From the IMG/VR virus record IMGVR_UViG_3300045988_068113: 42,701 bases of DNA. One strand, 5' to 3'. Origin of the DNA: a virus. The position numbers were made by a program, and so were the translations under genes. Of the stretch, positions 9,293 to 17,870 are shown in pieces (positions within the stretch are counted from its first letter, which is position 1; each line of letters opens with the position of its first letter). Below the pieces are notes generated by a model. The model had not been told where the DNA came from. It saw nothing but the letters and a program-made list of their open reading frames with translations, and searched no databases.

Positions 9293-9610
9293 CTATTTTA
9301 TGAAAATCCAACAAAAAACTCCCAAAACGCAATAAAGCAACCGAGCCGGAACACAAGGCAGATTCAAGTCCACGTCCTTTGTCCTGCTCCTCCACAATCC
9401 CAAGCGATAGAGCATATTGTGCACCGCCCATTCCATAGCAAGCGAGAATATGGAACACCCCTCGAATACCACACACTCGGGGTGCACTTCCTCAATCGTT
9501 TTTAATATCGTCACAAAACTCCTCTTCGATACGAACGCGCTATCCTCGATATGCACATTGTCAGTCGTTACCCTTACCCTTATCTCCATAATTTCCCGTT
9601 TATCCGTCAT
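9293..9610 (-). CDS. Hypothetical protein with a C-terminal hydrophobic tail (105 aa)
   Basis: The ATG at 9610 forms an ATGA overlap with the upstream stop. The C-terminus is LLYCVLGVFCWIFIK. Confidence 0.5.
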   Translation of the reverse strand: MTDKREIMEIRVRVTTDNVHIEDSAFVSKRSFVTILKTIEEVHPECVVFEGCSIFSLAMEWAVHNMLYRLGLWRSRTKDVDLNLPCVPARLLYCVLGVFCWIFIK

Positions 9611-10239
9611 CTCGTCATTGTCCGGCATCTATTAATGTCCGGCAACTCGCAAGGCATATCAACCGAAATCTCACCCTCGAAACGGAATCCCGCATAAGGG
9701 TGCATCAAGAATTGATTGTCCACCTCATCGAGCGAAAAACCCCGATAGATGTTCTGCGCCTGCTCATAGCACCTGTTTATCCTTATCGAGCCGTTGCCGA
9801 GCGTCCACCCCGTCCGCCCGTTCAGCAATTCGAGCACCTGCGCTTTCAGATACTCCGTGTTCCTCGTCTGCGAATCTCCGAAAATCCGGCGGCAATCAAA
9901 CCAGAATATAAGCGAAAACGGGGCTCTCTGCCTCATCTGAACAAACTGCATCCAGTCAAGTTGCTCGGGGTCTTCAACCACGAAAAACGAGAAATTCCCA
10001 ATCTGCGAATCGGGCGAAACCTCAATGTAATCGTTGCTTCCCCGTCCGTCCCAGCCTCCGCAATAGACATTCGGGGTCGTCATCCTCTTCCCGTTCGGCA
10101 TCATCTTCACGAGCCTCTGCGCCCGCCCGAACGCAACATCAAGCCAAGGCAGATTATTAACCAACGCCTCCTGTATCTCCCCCATCACCGCATCAAGCAT
10201 AACGGCGTGCGGTATTGTCGGTGCTTTCGTGTAGTTCAT
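9607..10239 (-). CDS. Hypothetical virion protein (210 aa; head-tail connector or tail candidate)
   Basis: Sits in the late operon between the capsid and tape-measure genes, with 4-nt overlaps on both sides. Confidence 0.5.
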   Translation of the reverse strand: MNYTKAPTIPHAVMLDAVMGEIQEALVNNLPWLDVAFGRAQRLVKMMPNGKRMTTPNVYCGGWDGRGSNDYIEVSPDSQIGNFSFFVVEDPEQLDWMQFVQMRQRAPFSLIFWFDCRRIFGDSQTRNTEYLKAQVLELLNGRTGWTLGNGSIRINRCYEQAQNIYRGFSLDEVDNQFLMHPYAGFRFEGEISVDMPCELPDINRCRTMTR

Positions 10240-10691
10240 ATCATCAATGTTTTACGCGCAATTTCCATAATGTCCGGAAAGACGAACTGCCGCACAATCT
10301 TCCCGATGTTCTCATCCGTGAAACCGAGGATGTCGTCCCCGTACTTCGCCATAAGTTCCTCCGTCTTCGCGTCAAACGCCTCGACCCACACCTTTTCGTG
10401 GTCAAAGTCAAGCCAAAACGAACGCTCGAACGCTCCGGTATCACGCAAGGTCACGCGGTCATACGGCTGCCCGAGTCCTTTCTTTATCTCGATTGTCAAG
10501 GGCGAATAAGGGGCATAACTGTCAATGCGCACGCCCCTCGATGTGATACCCCGCTCATACAACTGCTCCTCGGTATTTAATGCGAGGATTTCGTCCTCGT
10601 TCCGCTCCATTATTCCGGAAAGGAACGAGCCGCCGTCAAGCCCCTCATTGAAGTACCGAACCCGTGCAAGCAAGTCATCCAAAATCCCCAT
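10236..10691 (-). CDS. Hypothetical virion morphogenesis / connector protein (151 aa)
   Basis: Position in the late operon. The call is positional only. Confidence 0.5.
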   Translation of the reverse strand: MGILDDLLARVRYFNEGLDGGSFLSGIMERNEDEILALNTEEQLYERGITSRGVRIDSYAPYSPLTIEIKKGLGQPYDRVTLRDTGAFERSFWLDFDHEKVWVEAFDAKTEELMAKYGDDILGFTDENIGKIVRQFVFPDIMEIARKTLMI

Positions 10692-10711
10692 TTTACCGAT
10701 TTCGCATTTTT

Positions 10712-10729
10712 AGGGGCATTTCAGCCCCT
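10712..10729 (-). terminator. GC-rich hairpin AGGGGC-6nt-GCCCCT between late genes
   Basis: Perfect 6-bp stem read in the 112-bp gap between 10804..12162 and 10236..10691. No clear U-tract. Confidence 0.3.
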
Positions 10730-10803
10730 GAAATTTCCAAGATATATAATTTATCATCCGAAACATTTGAACGCCCCACAACCGATTTTGGCGAGAATTA
10801 ACG

Positions 10804-12162
10804 TCAGATTGTGCCGTACTTCACCCCGTGGTTGTTGCACGAAAGGCAAATCCGGTCAATTCCGCGGGTATCAAGCACCAACGCCTTGTATGCCTTTGAC
10901 AGGTCATAACCCAAACCGCCGGGGCGCTGTCCCTCCGTGTTCCCGTCCAGCTCATACAGCAAGTCCATACGCGATGCGTTCGACTGGTTGCGGTTCACTC
11001 TCACGTCCGGATTCATCGCCATTGTCCGCAAGGCATCGCACGCCACCTGCTTCTGCAACACAGGCGCGAACATCTGACGCTGCGATATTATGAAGTCCGT
11101 AAGGTCGCACTCAACCGAAACCTCACAATTCAACCCATAGTTCAGCGTGTTCGTGTACGCTATCGCCTCGACATCGAACAACTCCGGATTCTCCTCGAAG
11201 TCCTCCGGTCTTGACACACGGAACGGGGAAACCTGCAAGTATTTCGTAATCTCGCGCCAAGTCGTAACCGAGCCGATGTTGCAAGTTCCGCACGGCTCCC
11301 TGCTCCAATCCTTTGAGACATTCAACGCCTGCATATTTATCGGCAAGTCGTTCTGCGCATAGCACAAGTACCACGCGCCCCCCGCGTCATTTCCGTTCCT
11401 CACTGACGCTCCCGGAATGTAAGGCAGATATATCGGGTTGTCGTTTCCGAACTCGAACCACTGAAAACCTCCGTTTGCGTTGGTGTAGTTCACGTCAATA
11501 ACCCTCATCGGCCCAACCTGCGAGGAATGGAACAGATAGAGACGAACCTTTCCGATTCCTCCAACCATCTGCAACCCGATTCGGTTGATTCGCATCGTCA
11601 CCCCCATCGAGCGAACCGGAACAATCTCGAAGCCGACAATCTTATCCGAGGGGTCGATTGTCGCCTTCAGACGAGCCGCCCCGTCAAAGAATGTCCTCCG
11701 CTCCAAAAGGCTGCGCGTCTCGCTCCTCAACTGCTTCTCCTGCACGAACCTCTGAACCGCCGTGTTTATCCCGTTCCGCGTCAGTTGTTCCACAAAGTCC
11801 GAAACTTGATTGTATATAACCCAATCGCCCGCGTTCTCTCCTCCGAAATCGTTGTTGAAGTCATCGTTAACAGGCTCAACCCCCACATTATCGCGGTTCG
11901 CAATCCACACAATGCCGTTATGCCTCACTTTCGTCCCCTGCCTGTACTCTTTGAGTATATTCCATTCCGGATAACGCAAAATGTAGTTTTCCGGCATTAT
12001 CGAGCGAATATTGTTCATCGTGCAAAGCGGATGCGCCCCCTGAAAGGTCAGCCCGCTCTCCGATTCCGTCAGTCTCGCGTCTATCGCGTCCGTGGGGTCA
12101 TAGGACTGCTGCCAACCCACAACGTGCAGCAACGCCTCCTGTATCTCTTTAAGTCTGTACAT
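10804..12162 (-). CDS. Hypothetical virion structural protein (452 aa)
   Basis: Directly follows the capsid gene and its terminator. Contains YRQGTKVRHNGIVWIANRDNVGVEP (CBM5/12-like pattern) and an NDDFNNDF motif. Confidence 0.5.
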   Translation of the reverse strand: MYRLKEIQEALLHVVGWQQSYDPTDAIDARLTESESGLTFQGAHPLCTMNNIRSIMPENYILRYPEWNILKEYRQGTKVRHNGIVWIANRDNVGVEPVNDDFNNDFGGENAGDWVIYNQVSDFVEQLTRNGINTAVQRFVQEKQLRSETRSLLERRTFFDGAARLKATIDPSDKIVGFEIVPVRSMGVTMRINRIGLQMVGGIGKVRLYLFHSSQVGPMRVIDVNYTNANGGFQWFEFGNDNPIYLPYIPGASVRNGNDAGGAWYLCYAQNDLPINMQALNVSKDWSREPCGTCNIGSVTTWREITKYLQVSPFRVSRPEDFEENPELFDVEAIAYTNTLNYGLNCEVSVECDLTDFIISQRQMFAPVLQKQVACDALRTMAMNPDVRVNRNQSNASRMDLLYELDGNTEGQRPGGLGYDLSKAYKALVLDTRGIDRICLSCNNHGVKYGTI

Positions 12163-12184
12163 ATAGCCTTGATTCTAACATAAA

Positions 12185-12208
12185 GGGGCGGGGCAAACGC
12201 CCAGCCCC
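12185..12208 (-). terminator. Intrinsic terminator / attenuator after the major capsid gene
   Basis: The minus strand reads GGGGCTGGGCG-TTTG-CCCCGCCCC followed by TTTATGTT, 29 nt after the capsid stop. Confidence 0.6.
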
Positions 12209-12236
12209 AACGATTTCAACAACGACAATTCCTCCG

Positions 12237-13355
12237 TCAGACAGTGACTGCCTTTGTGTTCACCGGATTGTCCTCCCCGTTCACAACCTCAACAGGCGAT
12301 GCGAACGGATTTGCAGTGCCCGGAGCAACAACCTCAACCTTTACAATCGGGTTGGCGACTGAATTCGGTGCGCTGTTGTATGCCACGATGAACGCAATAT
12401 CCACGGAGAATCCGAAATATTCCTTAACGTCGCAAGTCATATCCGCGCTCGCGTCGCCTGCAATCTGCGACTGGTCGCCGACTGCGGTGTAATAGTGCGA
12501 ACCGACAGGAAGCGCAATGTAAGGAAGTTCGACAACATCCCACTCGTGGAAATTAGCACGCGCCCTGCGGAGCGCCGCCCTGTCCACGCGGGTAAGCACG
12601 CCAACATTTCCGTCCTCAACAAAGTAGGCGGTCGCGAACTTGCCTGCCTCGTTCACAATGTTGTTCGTGTAGTGGAACACCTTGCCCGCATACTCGTTGC
12701 GCTTGTTCACCTCATTGTAGATGTCTTTCTGCGCAAGTTTGGAAACAATGGACTCGATGCCCGCACCTCCGATGACGTGGAGCATTCCCGGGTAGCAATT
12801 CGCACGCATAATCGCTCCGAGGTCGCCCATAAAGTTCTCGCGTGCAATCCACGGAACCTGCAGGCCATTCGCCGTCACGGTGTAATAGAGTTTGTCCTTG
12901 AATACCTGCGTCTTGTTGGTTTCGAGGGCTGCAATAGCCATCTCGTCCATCTTCGTTGCAAGTGCACGGCAAACCTTTTCCATCTTGCGGGCGAAATCGT
13001 GGTCATACGAAATCTCGTTGTTCATATACAACCCCGGCGTCATCGTGAATCCAACTCCGAGCGTTGCCCACTGCACCGTGTAGAGTTTGGAGGTGTTCTC
13101 GTCATCCGCGATGACACAGGAACGAGAATTTGAAACGACAACATCCCCGTCATAGTCTATGACCGGAATCTGAACCGTGTTGCCCATTGAGGCGAAAGCC
13201 CTCTCCCTCAGCACGGGCGAAATGATTGAATTCGCGGCGTTGGTCTGCTCGATGAAGAAATCGAGTGCACCATACTCGCACGGACGCGCCATATTCTTAT
13301 CCAAAGCGGGATTTTCAACGCGCCAATTCTGCAATCGTGTAGCAATAAGTGACAT
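12237..13355 (-). CDS. Major capsid protein (372 aa; HK97-like by position)
   Basis: Immediately downstream of a helical scaffold-like gene and followed by a strong hairpin terminator. Size is typical. No fold check was possible. Confidence 0.7.
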   Translation of the reverse strand: MSLIATRLQNWRVENPALDKNMARPCEYGALDFFIEQTNAANSIISPVLRERAFASMGNTVQIPVIDYDGDVVVSNSRSCVIADDENTSKLYTVQWATLGVGFTMTPGLYMNNEISYDHDFARKMEKVCRALATKMDEMAIAALETNKTQVFKDKLYYTVTANGLQVPWIARENFMGDLGAIMRANCYPGMLHVIGGAGIESIVSKLAQKDIYNEVNKRNEYAGKVFHYTNNIVNEAGKFATAYFVEDGNVGVLTRVDRAALRRARANFHEWDVVELPYIALPVGSHYYTAVGDQSQIAGDASADMTCDVKEYFGFSVDIAFIVAYNSAPNSVANPIVKVEVVAPGTANPFASPVEVVNGEDNPVNTKAVTV

Positions 13356-13422
13356 AATTTTGAAAAATTAAAAGTTAATAAAAATTGTGCGGGTTGTCCC
13401 TTTGCCCGTGTGTTTGTCTTGT

Positions 13423-14379
13423 CTATCGTATAGGCAGCGTCTTGATGAACGCCGCGTTTTCCGTCCACGCCTGTTTCTTCTTCTCGTGGAACTCCGGCGA
13501 GGATGTCGCAAGCCCCTGCGACAACAGAGCCTTTGAAATCATGTCATCAGCCTCGGACTGCGTCCTCGCTCCGGAAAGGTCGATAACGCCGGATGCTCCG
13601 CCGTCCCCTCCCTCGTTTCCGGTCGTCCCCGCTCCGCTCGTCTTCTTTCCGGTTTCAAGCACTCCCATTGTCTTGAGTTCCCTCATAACAAGTTCGGTTG
13701 CGGTGTACGGGTTCAGATTGTTCTCCGGATTACGCATAACGGCTCCGTCCTGTCCCTTGAACACGAGGACTTTCCCGCCCTGTCCGTTGTCGATATATTC
13801 CGGCTGCATAGCGCGAACCGCCGCCTTTGCATTTCCGAGCAAAACGCGGGTCACAGCCTCCGGCAAGTCTGCCTTGAACTTGATTGCCCCCGATGCCTTT
13901 TCCAGTTCAGCATCAAGACGAACCCCGAACAATTCCTTTGCGTGCTCCGCCTTTGATGCGTCATATTTCGTTTTCAGTTCCGTGAAACTCTTTGTAACCG
14001 CCGCAAGGTCGGTCTGCGCCTGCTGCAACTTCTGCCGAGCCTCCGCGTCTGTTCCTCCGTCCGCGATGACTTTTTCAAGACGCGCCTTTTCCGCCGTCAG
14101 CGCGTCTATCTCGGTCTGCTTCGCCGCCGCGCTCTCCGCCTGCGTCCTCATTCCACCGATAACGCGCTTCGCGTAATCATACGTCTTCTCCGTTCCCTCT
14201 TTCGCCATTCCGGATGCCGCCAAAATGTCAGCGTCAAGCCCTCCGTATATCTCGCCTACCCTTTGGCCGATTACGGCTGCCTCGTCATTCCTCGACATTT
14301 CCGCTATCGCGTTAATCTGTTCGTCAGTCAGTGCGGCGGTTGCCGCGTTTGCCCTCAAAAGTTCGCTTGTAAGTGCCAT
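13423..14379 (-). CDS. Scaffolding protein (318 aa)
   Basis: Ala/Glu/Lys-rich, predicted helical or coiled-coil sequence directly upstream of the capsid gene. Confidence 0.6.
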   Translation of the reverse strand: MALTSELLRANAATAALTDEQINAIAEMSRNDEAAVIGQRVGEIYGGLDADILAASGMAKEGTEKTYDYAKRVIGGMRTQAESAAAKQTEIDALTAEKARLEKVIADGGTDAEARQKLQQAQTDLAAVTKSFTELKTKYDASKAEHAKELFGVRLDAELEKASGAIKFKADLPEAVTRVLLGNAKAAVRAMQPEYIDNGQGGKVLVFKGQDGAVMRNPENNLNPYTATELVMRELKTMGVLETGKKTSGAGTTGNEGGDGGASGVIDLSGARTQSEADDMISKALLSQGLATSSPEFHEKKKQAWTENAAFIKTLPIR

Positions 14380-14424
14380 AATTCTTTCCCTTTGAATTTG
14401 TTTTCGTTTGGTCGATTCACGCGG

Positions 14425-14676
14425 CTACTCGCCCTTTACGGTCAGTTTCACGATTGTTCCCGCCGCTGCATTCACGGCGCAAATCTCCGTCTTTGTCGCG
14501 CCGATGTTATAGCCAATAACCCTTGCCACACCGTTTGTTGTGGTCTTCAGTACCACGTCAAGAATGGTGTTGAGTTTAACGCACTGCGCAAGTTTCTGCT
14601 TCTGCGCGTCAGTCGCGTCCGCGATTCCTCCGGTAATCTCTATTACCAGGTCGTCCTGTTGTGCAATCTTTGCCAT
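14425..14676 (-). CDS. Hypothetical head-module protein (83 aa)
   Basis: ORF between the portal and scaffold genes. Confidence 0.5.
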   Translation of the reverse strand: MAKIAQQDDLVIEITGGIADATDAQKQKLAQCVKLNTILDVVLKTTTNGVARVIGYNIGATKTEICAVNAAAGTIVKLTVKGE

Positions 14677-14706
14677 AATCGAAATTGTTTTAATGTTGTT
14701 TCACTT

Positions 14707-15138
14707 CTATCTCGCCCGTCTTCCGGTTCTTTCCGGTTCTGCCGGAATCACTCCCGCCGCTTTGAGTTCCGCAAGGATTTCGGCTTTCATCGCCGCCTTT
14801 TCCTCCTCCCTCTTTTCTGCCGCGTCCCTTTCAGCCCTCTCGTCCTGCGCCGCTCTCATCTGCGCAATTCTCACGGCCTGCTCTTTCTCCCATTCGGTCG
14901 GGTCGTGGAGCACCTCCATTTCATAACCCATTTTAAGCAACTGAACAGAGACGATTGCGCGGTACATCTTCGGGCCGAACTTCTGAATCGCCGGGCGCGA
15001 AATCTTCTGCCCCGTCTTCGGATTGTACTGCTTCACCTCAATCTTGACGTGATAGTATCGCTCCTCTCCTGCCGGAACCGCATAGTTTTCGGCGGTGATG
15101 TCCTCGATTGTCACGTTCTTTCCGTCTTTCGTCTTCAT
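14707..15138 (-). CDS. Hypothetical head-module protein (143 aa) with a charged helical C-terminus
   Basis: ORF downstream of the portal gene. C-terminal segment is RAAQDERAERDAAEKREEEKAAMKAEILAELKAAG. Confidence 0.5.
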   Translation of the reverse strand: MKTKDGKNVTIEDITAENYAVPAGEERYYHVKIEVKQYNPKTGQKISRPAIQKFGPKMYRAIVSVQLLKMGYEMEVLHDPTEWEKEQAVRIAQMRAAQDERAERDAAEKREEEKAAMKAEILAELKAAGVIPAEPERTGRRAR

Positions 15139-15156
15139 AAATTTGTTTTTTACTCG

Positions 15157-16902
15157 TTATTTACTTCTCGTGTCATGCACCTGCTCCCTCGCATACTGCT
15201 CGAACACTTCCTTTATTGCCGCTATCTTCCTGTCGAGCGGAATCGCGTCCCCAAATTCGAGGATGCTCGTGTTTTCCCTCTCAAATCTGCGTACAAAGTT
15301 AGAAAAATTTAACTTAATGCGTAATTCCGTGTCGTTTATCAAGCCCTTCGCCTGCAATTCCTGCAATTCTCCGAACGAAAGGTGCGAATACGGCTCCAAT
15401 TCAGCAAGAATCTGCATTCGTCTCTTTGCGCTCGGATTGTTCCTATACTCCGTGTCGATTATCTGCTGCTGCAATGCGTCAAGTTCTCCCTCCGACGCTC
15501 CGGATTCCTTTGCCGTCTTGAACCTGTCCCGCAACTCCGTTGCAGTGGTCAGATAAAAGTCCGTGCCATAGTTCACCATTGAGGAAACGAAATAATCGCC
15601 GTAACGCAAACGGCAAATCGTGTCATCCACCCACTTCTGCGCTGCCTCAAATCCTTTCTTTATCCGGTTCAGTATCGTGGACTGGCTCTCGAAACTTGCG
15701 ATAACCTGCTGCTCGTTGAACGCCTCGCGTGTCGTTATCTCCTCAACCTGCCCAACAACCGAGGTAATGATGTCCGAACGGAGCCGCTTTTCCTCCTCCA
15801 CATTATAGTCGAGGCTGCTCCTGTCCACCGTCAGCATCTGCACCGGATTGCGCAAGTCGGGTTGATTCTCATCGTTGTTCGGCACTGGTATCTCAATGAA
15901 CGAGCCGGGGCCGACTGTCCTCTTGTTTCCACATTTCGGGCAACGCTCCAAGATTCCGGCCGAATCCAACTTATACTGCCCCTGCCGATTTTTTATGAAG
16001 CCCCCGTCGCAATAGTCACCGTTTTCAGCATTTGACCAATCGCAACTCTGCTCATATCCGGAAAGTATCGGATAAGCCCCGTAAAGGTCGAGAATACGCT
16101 TTGATTCCGCAAAAAACAGAAACCAGTCCAATTTTTCAAGCTGTGAAGTCAGCGGGGAACACTTCACGTCCGGTTGGTTCAGGTCAATAGGCTCATTCCA
16201 AAAGAAACGCGCCGGACAAAAGCCCAGCCCGTGCGGATTCTCGAAAAGCGGCTCTCCCTCTATGTCGATTGTCGCGCCCCTCTTCAACGGCCACGCCCGA
16301 TAAGTCTCATCATCAATCACGACAACGCGGTCTCGGTCACGGAACACTATCCAACGCATGACGCCCGTGTCGGGATCTGCATCATAAGCGACAATGCGGT
16401 CAATCGTAAGCCAATAGAAATAAGGCTCGGGAAATTCCGTTGTCTGCTCCGCCGGAACATCCACCACAAGCACCGAGTTTATTTCAGTCTTGAAATACTC
16501 CCACGCCTTTGTCTGCCATACCTGCGGTTCATGCAACCTGTTCGCCCTGTACTCCTCCCAATCGTTGCGGTAATCCGTGTTCACGAACTGCGAATCATTC
16601 ACGGGGTTGCGCCCGTCAAATATCCTGCTCAACTTGTCAAAACAAACGCCCGTTATCTCGTTTGTTGCAACGGGATAACGGAACATTGTCTTGAATACCT
16701 TGAACTTGTCGTGTGGGAGAATATTCTGAACCCAATTCAGAAAGTCGGTCGCCTGCGAACACACGCACGGGGCGTTGAACGCGCTCACTCGTTTCTCGAC
16801 GTGAAACTTAATCCTCTGTTGGTGCATCCTTGCCGCCAACAGATTCTGCGCGTTTCTTCCCTCGCGAACCTCTTTCCGGATTCTGTTTGTATCTAATCCC
16901 AT
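15157..16902 (-). CDS. Portal protein (about 581 aa from the first ATG; the start is uncertain)
   Basis: Large ORF in the terminase-to-capsid interval, with typical size and position. The track start at 16917 is TTG; the first ATG is at 16902. Confidence 0.6.
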   Translation of the reverse strand: MGLDTNRIRKEVREGRNAQNLLAARMHQQRIKFHVEKRVSAFNAPCVCSQATDFLNWVQNILPHDKFKVFKTMFRYPVATNEITGVCFDKLSRIFDGRNPVNDSQFVNTDYRNDWEEYRANRLHEPQVWQTKAWEYFKTEINSVLVVDVPAEQTTEFPEPYFYWLTIDRIVAYDADPDTGVMRWIVFRDRDRVVVIDDETYRAWPLKRGATIDIEGEPLFENPHGLGFCPARFFWNEPIDLNQPDVKCSPLTSQLEKLDWFLFFAESKRILDLYGAYPILSGYEQSCDWSNAENGDYCDGGFIKNRQGQYKLDSAGILERCPKCGNKRTVGPGSFIEIPVPNNDENQPDLRNPVQMLTVDRSSLDYNVEEEKRLRSDIITSVVGQVEEITTREAFNEQQVIASFESQSTILNRIKKGFEAAQKWVDDTICRLRYGDYFVSSMVNYGTDFYLTTATELRDRFKTAKESGASEGELDALQQQIIDTEYRNNPSAKRRMQILAELEPYSHLSFGELQELQAKGLINDTELRIKLNFSNFVRRFERENTSILEFGDAIPLDRKIAAIKEVFEQYAREQVHDTRSK

Positions 16903-17044
16903 TTTCGACAAATTCAAATTTTGAGTTTTCGGGGATATGCCACCCCGCCTTTGTCATACGCAACAGCCTTTCCGCGTGCGAAATCTCAAACTCCTGAGTA
17001 ACGTCACCAACCGCCAACGTTACCGTTGTGGTCTTCGCTTTCAT
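16808..17044 (-). CDS. Hypothetical small protein (78 aa) overlapping the portal 5' end
   Basis: The ORF abuts the stop of the upstream gene (17044). It overlaps the portal ORF by about 95 nt, so either its 3' part or the portal start call is wrong. Confidence 0.35.
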   Translation of the reverse strand: MKAKTTTVTLAVGDVTQEFEISHAERLLRMTKAGWHIPENSKFEFVENGIRYKQNPERGSRGKKRAESVGGKDAPTED

Positions 17045-17694
17045 TACTTTTCCGCGTTTTCAAGTTCCGTCAGCGGGTTGAACTCCGGCGTGATGATTAC
17101 GAGGTTGTCACTGTAGTTCTCCTCATAAGTCCACGAAATCGGGTTGTTGTCCTTTGCGTCATAGTTCCCGTGAAGCTTGCTGCCCACAAAGAATGAATGA
17201 ATCGGAATCGGGTAATAAGTCGTCGCCGTGGTCTCGTCCTGTATTGCCTCGATGTTGCCCTTTTCGTCAAAAAGGAAAACTCCAAGGTTCTTTGCGTTGC
17301 TCTCACAGATAAGTGACTTCAACGCCTTTGCGACTGCCTGCGGAATCGCACGGAGCACTCCGGCAAACTGCACCGGATTCTCTCCGAGGACATCCGGAAT
17401 CCCTCCGAGGTCATCGTTTCCACCGCTCGACTGACGGACATCTCCGCCGGAATCAGCCGGGGAATTGATGTAAGGGGTAACGACAATCTTTGTCCCGTCA
17501 TTTGCACTCAACTTCGGCTCCCAGCTCTCAAGTTTCTTGATGCCCGCTGCGGTCGTGAACGAGTTGCGCTTTCCGTCTGTCTGCCTCAGCCTTGTAATCG
17601 CCACTTTCTGAATCTGCCCGAATGATTCGGAGCACGCAACGTTAGGCACGTTGGGAATTGCTTCCGCTGCCGGGCACTGACAAGTAATACTCAT
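17044..17694 (-). CDS. Hypothetical virion protein (216 aa), a candidate major tail/tube protein in an unusual position
   Basis: First gene after the 174-bp intergenic region that follows terL. Gly/Ser/Thr/Asn-rich with no enzymatic motifs. No other tube candidate was recognised. Confidence 0.35.
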   Translation of the reverse strand: MSITCQCPAAEAIPNVPNVACSESFGQIQKVAITRLRQTDGKRNSFTTAAGIKKLESWEPKLSANDGTKIVVTPYINSPADSGGDVRQSSGGNDDLGGIPDVLGENPVQFAGVLRAIPQAVAKALKSLICESNAKNLGVFLFDEKGNIEAIQDETTATTYYPIPIHSFFVGSKLHGNYDAKDNNPISWTYEENYSDNLVIITPEFNPLTELENAEK

Positions 17695-17760
17695 AATTCT
17701 TTAACGTTAAAAAGTTTATAAAATTGACTTCCGCGGCTTTCCCTTTGCCGTATCTGTCCG

Positions 17761-17768
17761 CAAATATA
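17761..17768 (-). promoter_or_regulatory. Candidate -7 box TATATTTG upstream of the 216-aa gene
   Basis: Plus-strand caaatata. Matches TAnnTTTG, but there is no good TTTG at a 19-21 nt spacing. Confidence 0.35.
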
Positions 17769-17870
17769 GTTATTTTCTTCAAAACTCGCGAATTTCGCGT
17801 TTTTATTCCAAATCCTATAAATAATATATCCGAACAAAGAAAACGCCGCAAATGGGCATTTATGCGCGTT
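17769..17870 (-). repeat. Conserved intergenic module, copy X (homologous to 37542..37644)
   Basis: Shares an identical 16-mer gttattttcttcaaaa, then a hairpin (cgcga-att-tcgcg) with a T-tract, tcctataa, and the 14-mer catttNtgcgcgtt. Confidence 0.7.

Noticed and set aside
16808-16917. Programmed frameshift between the 78-aa ORF and the portal gene.
   Set aside because: No slippery heptamer or homopolymer is visible in the overlap. A misassigned portal start codon (the TTG at 16917 versus the ATGs at 16902 or 16827) is the simpler explanation.
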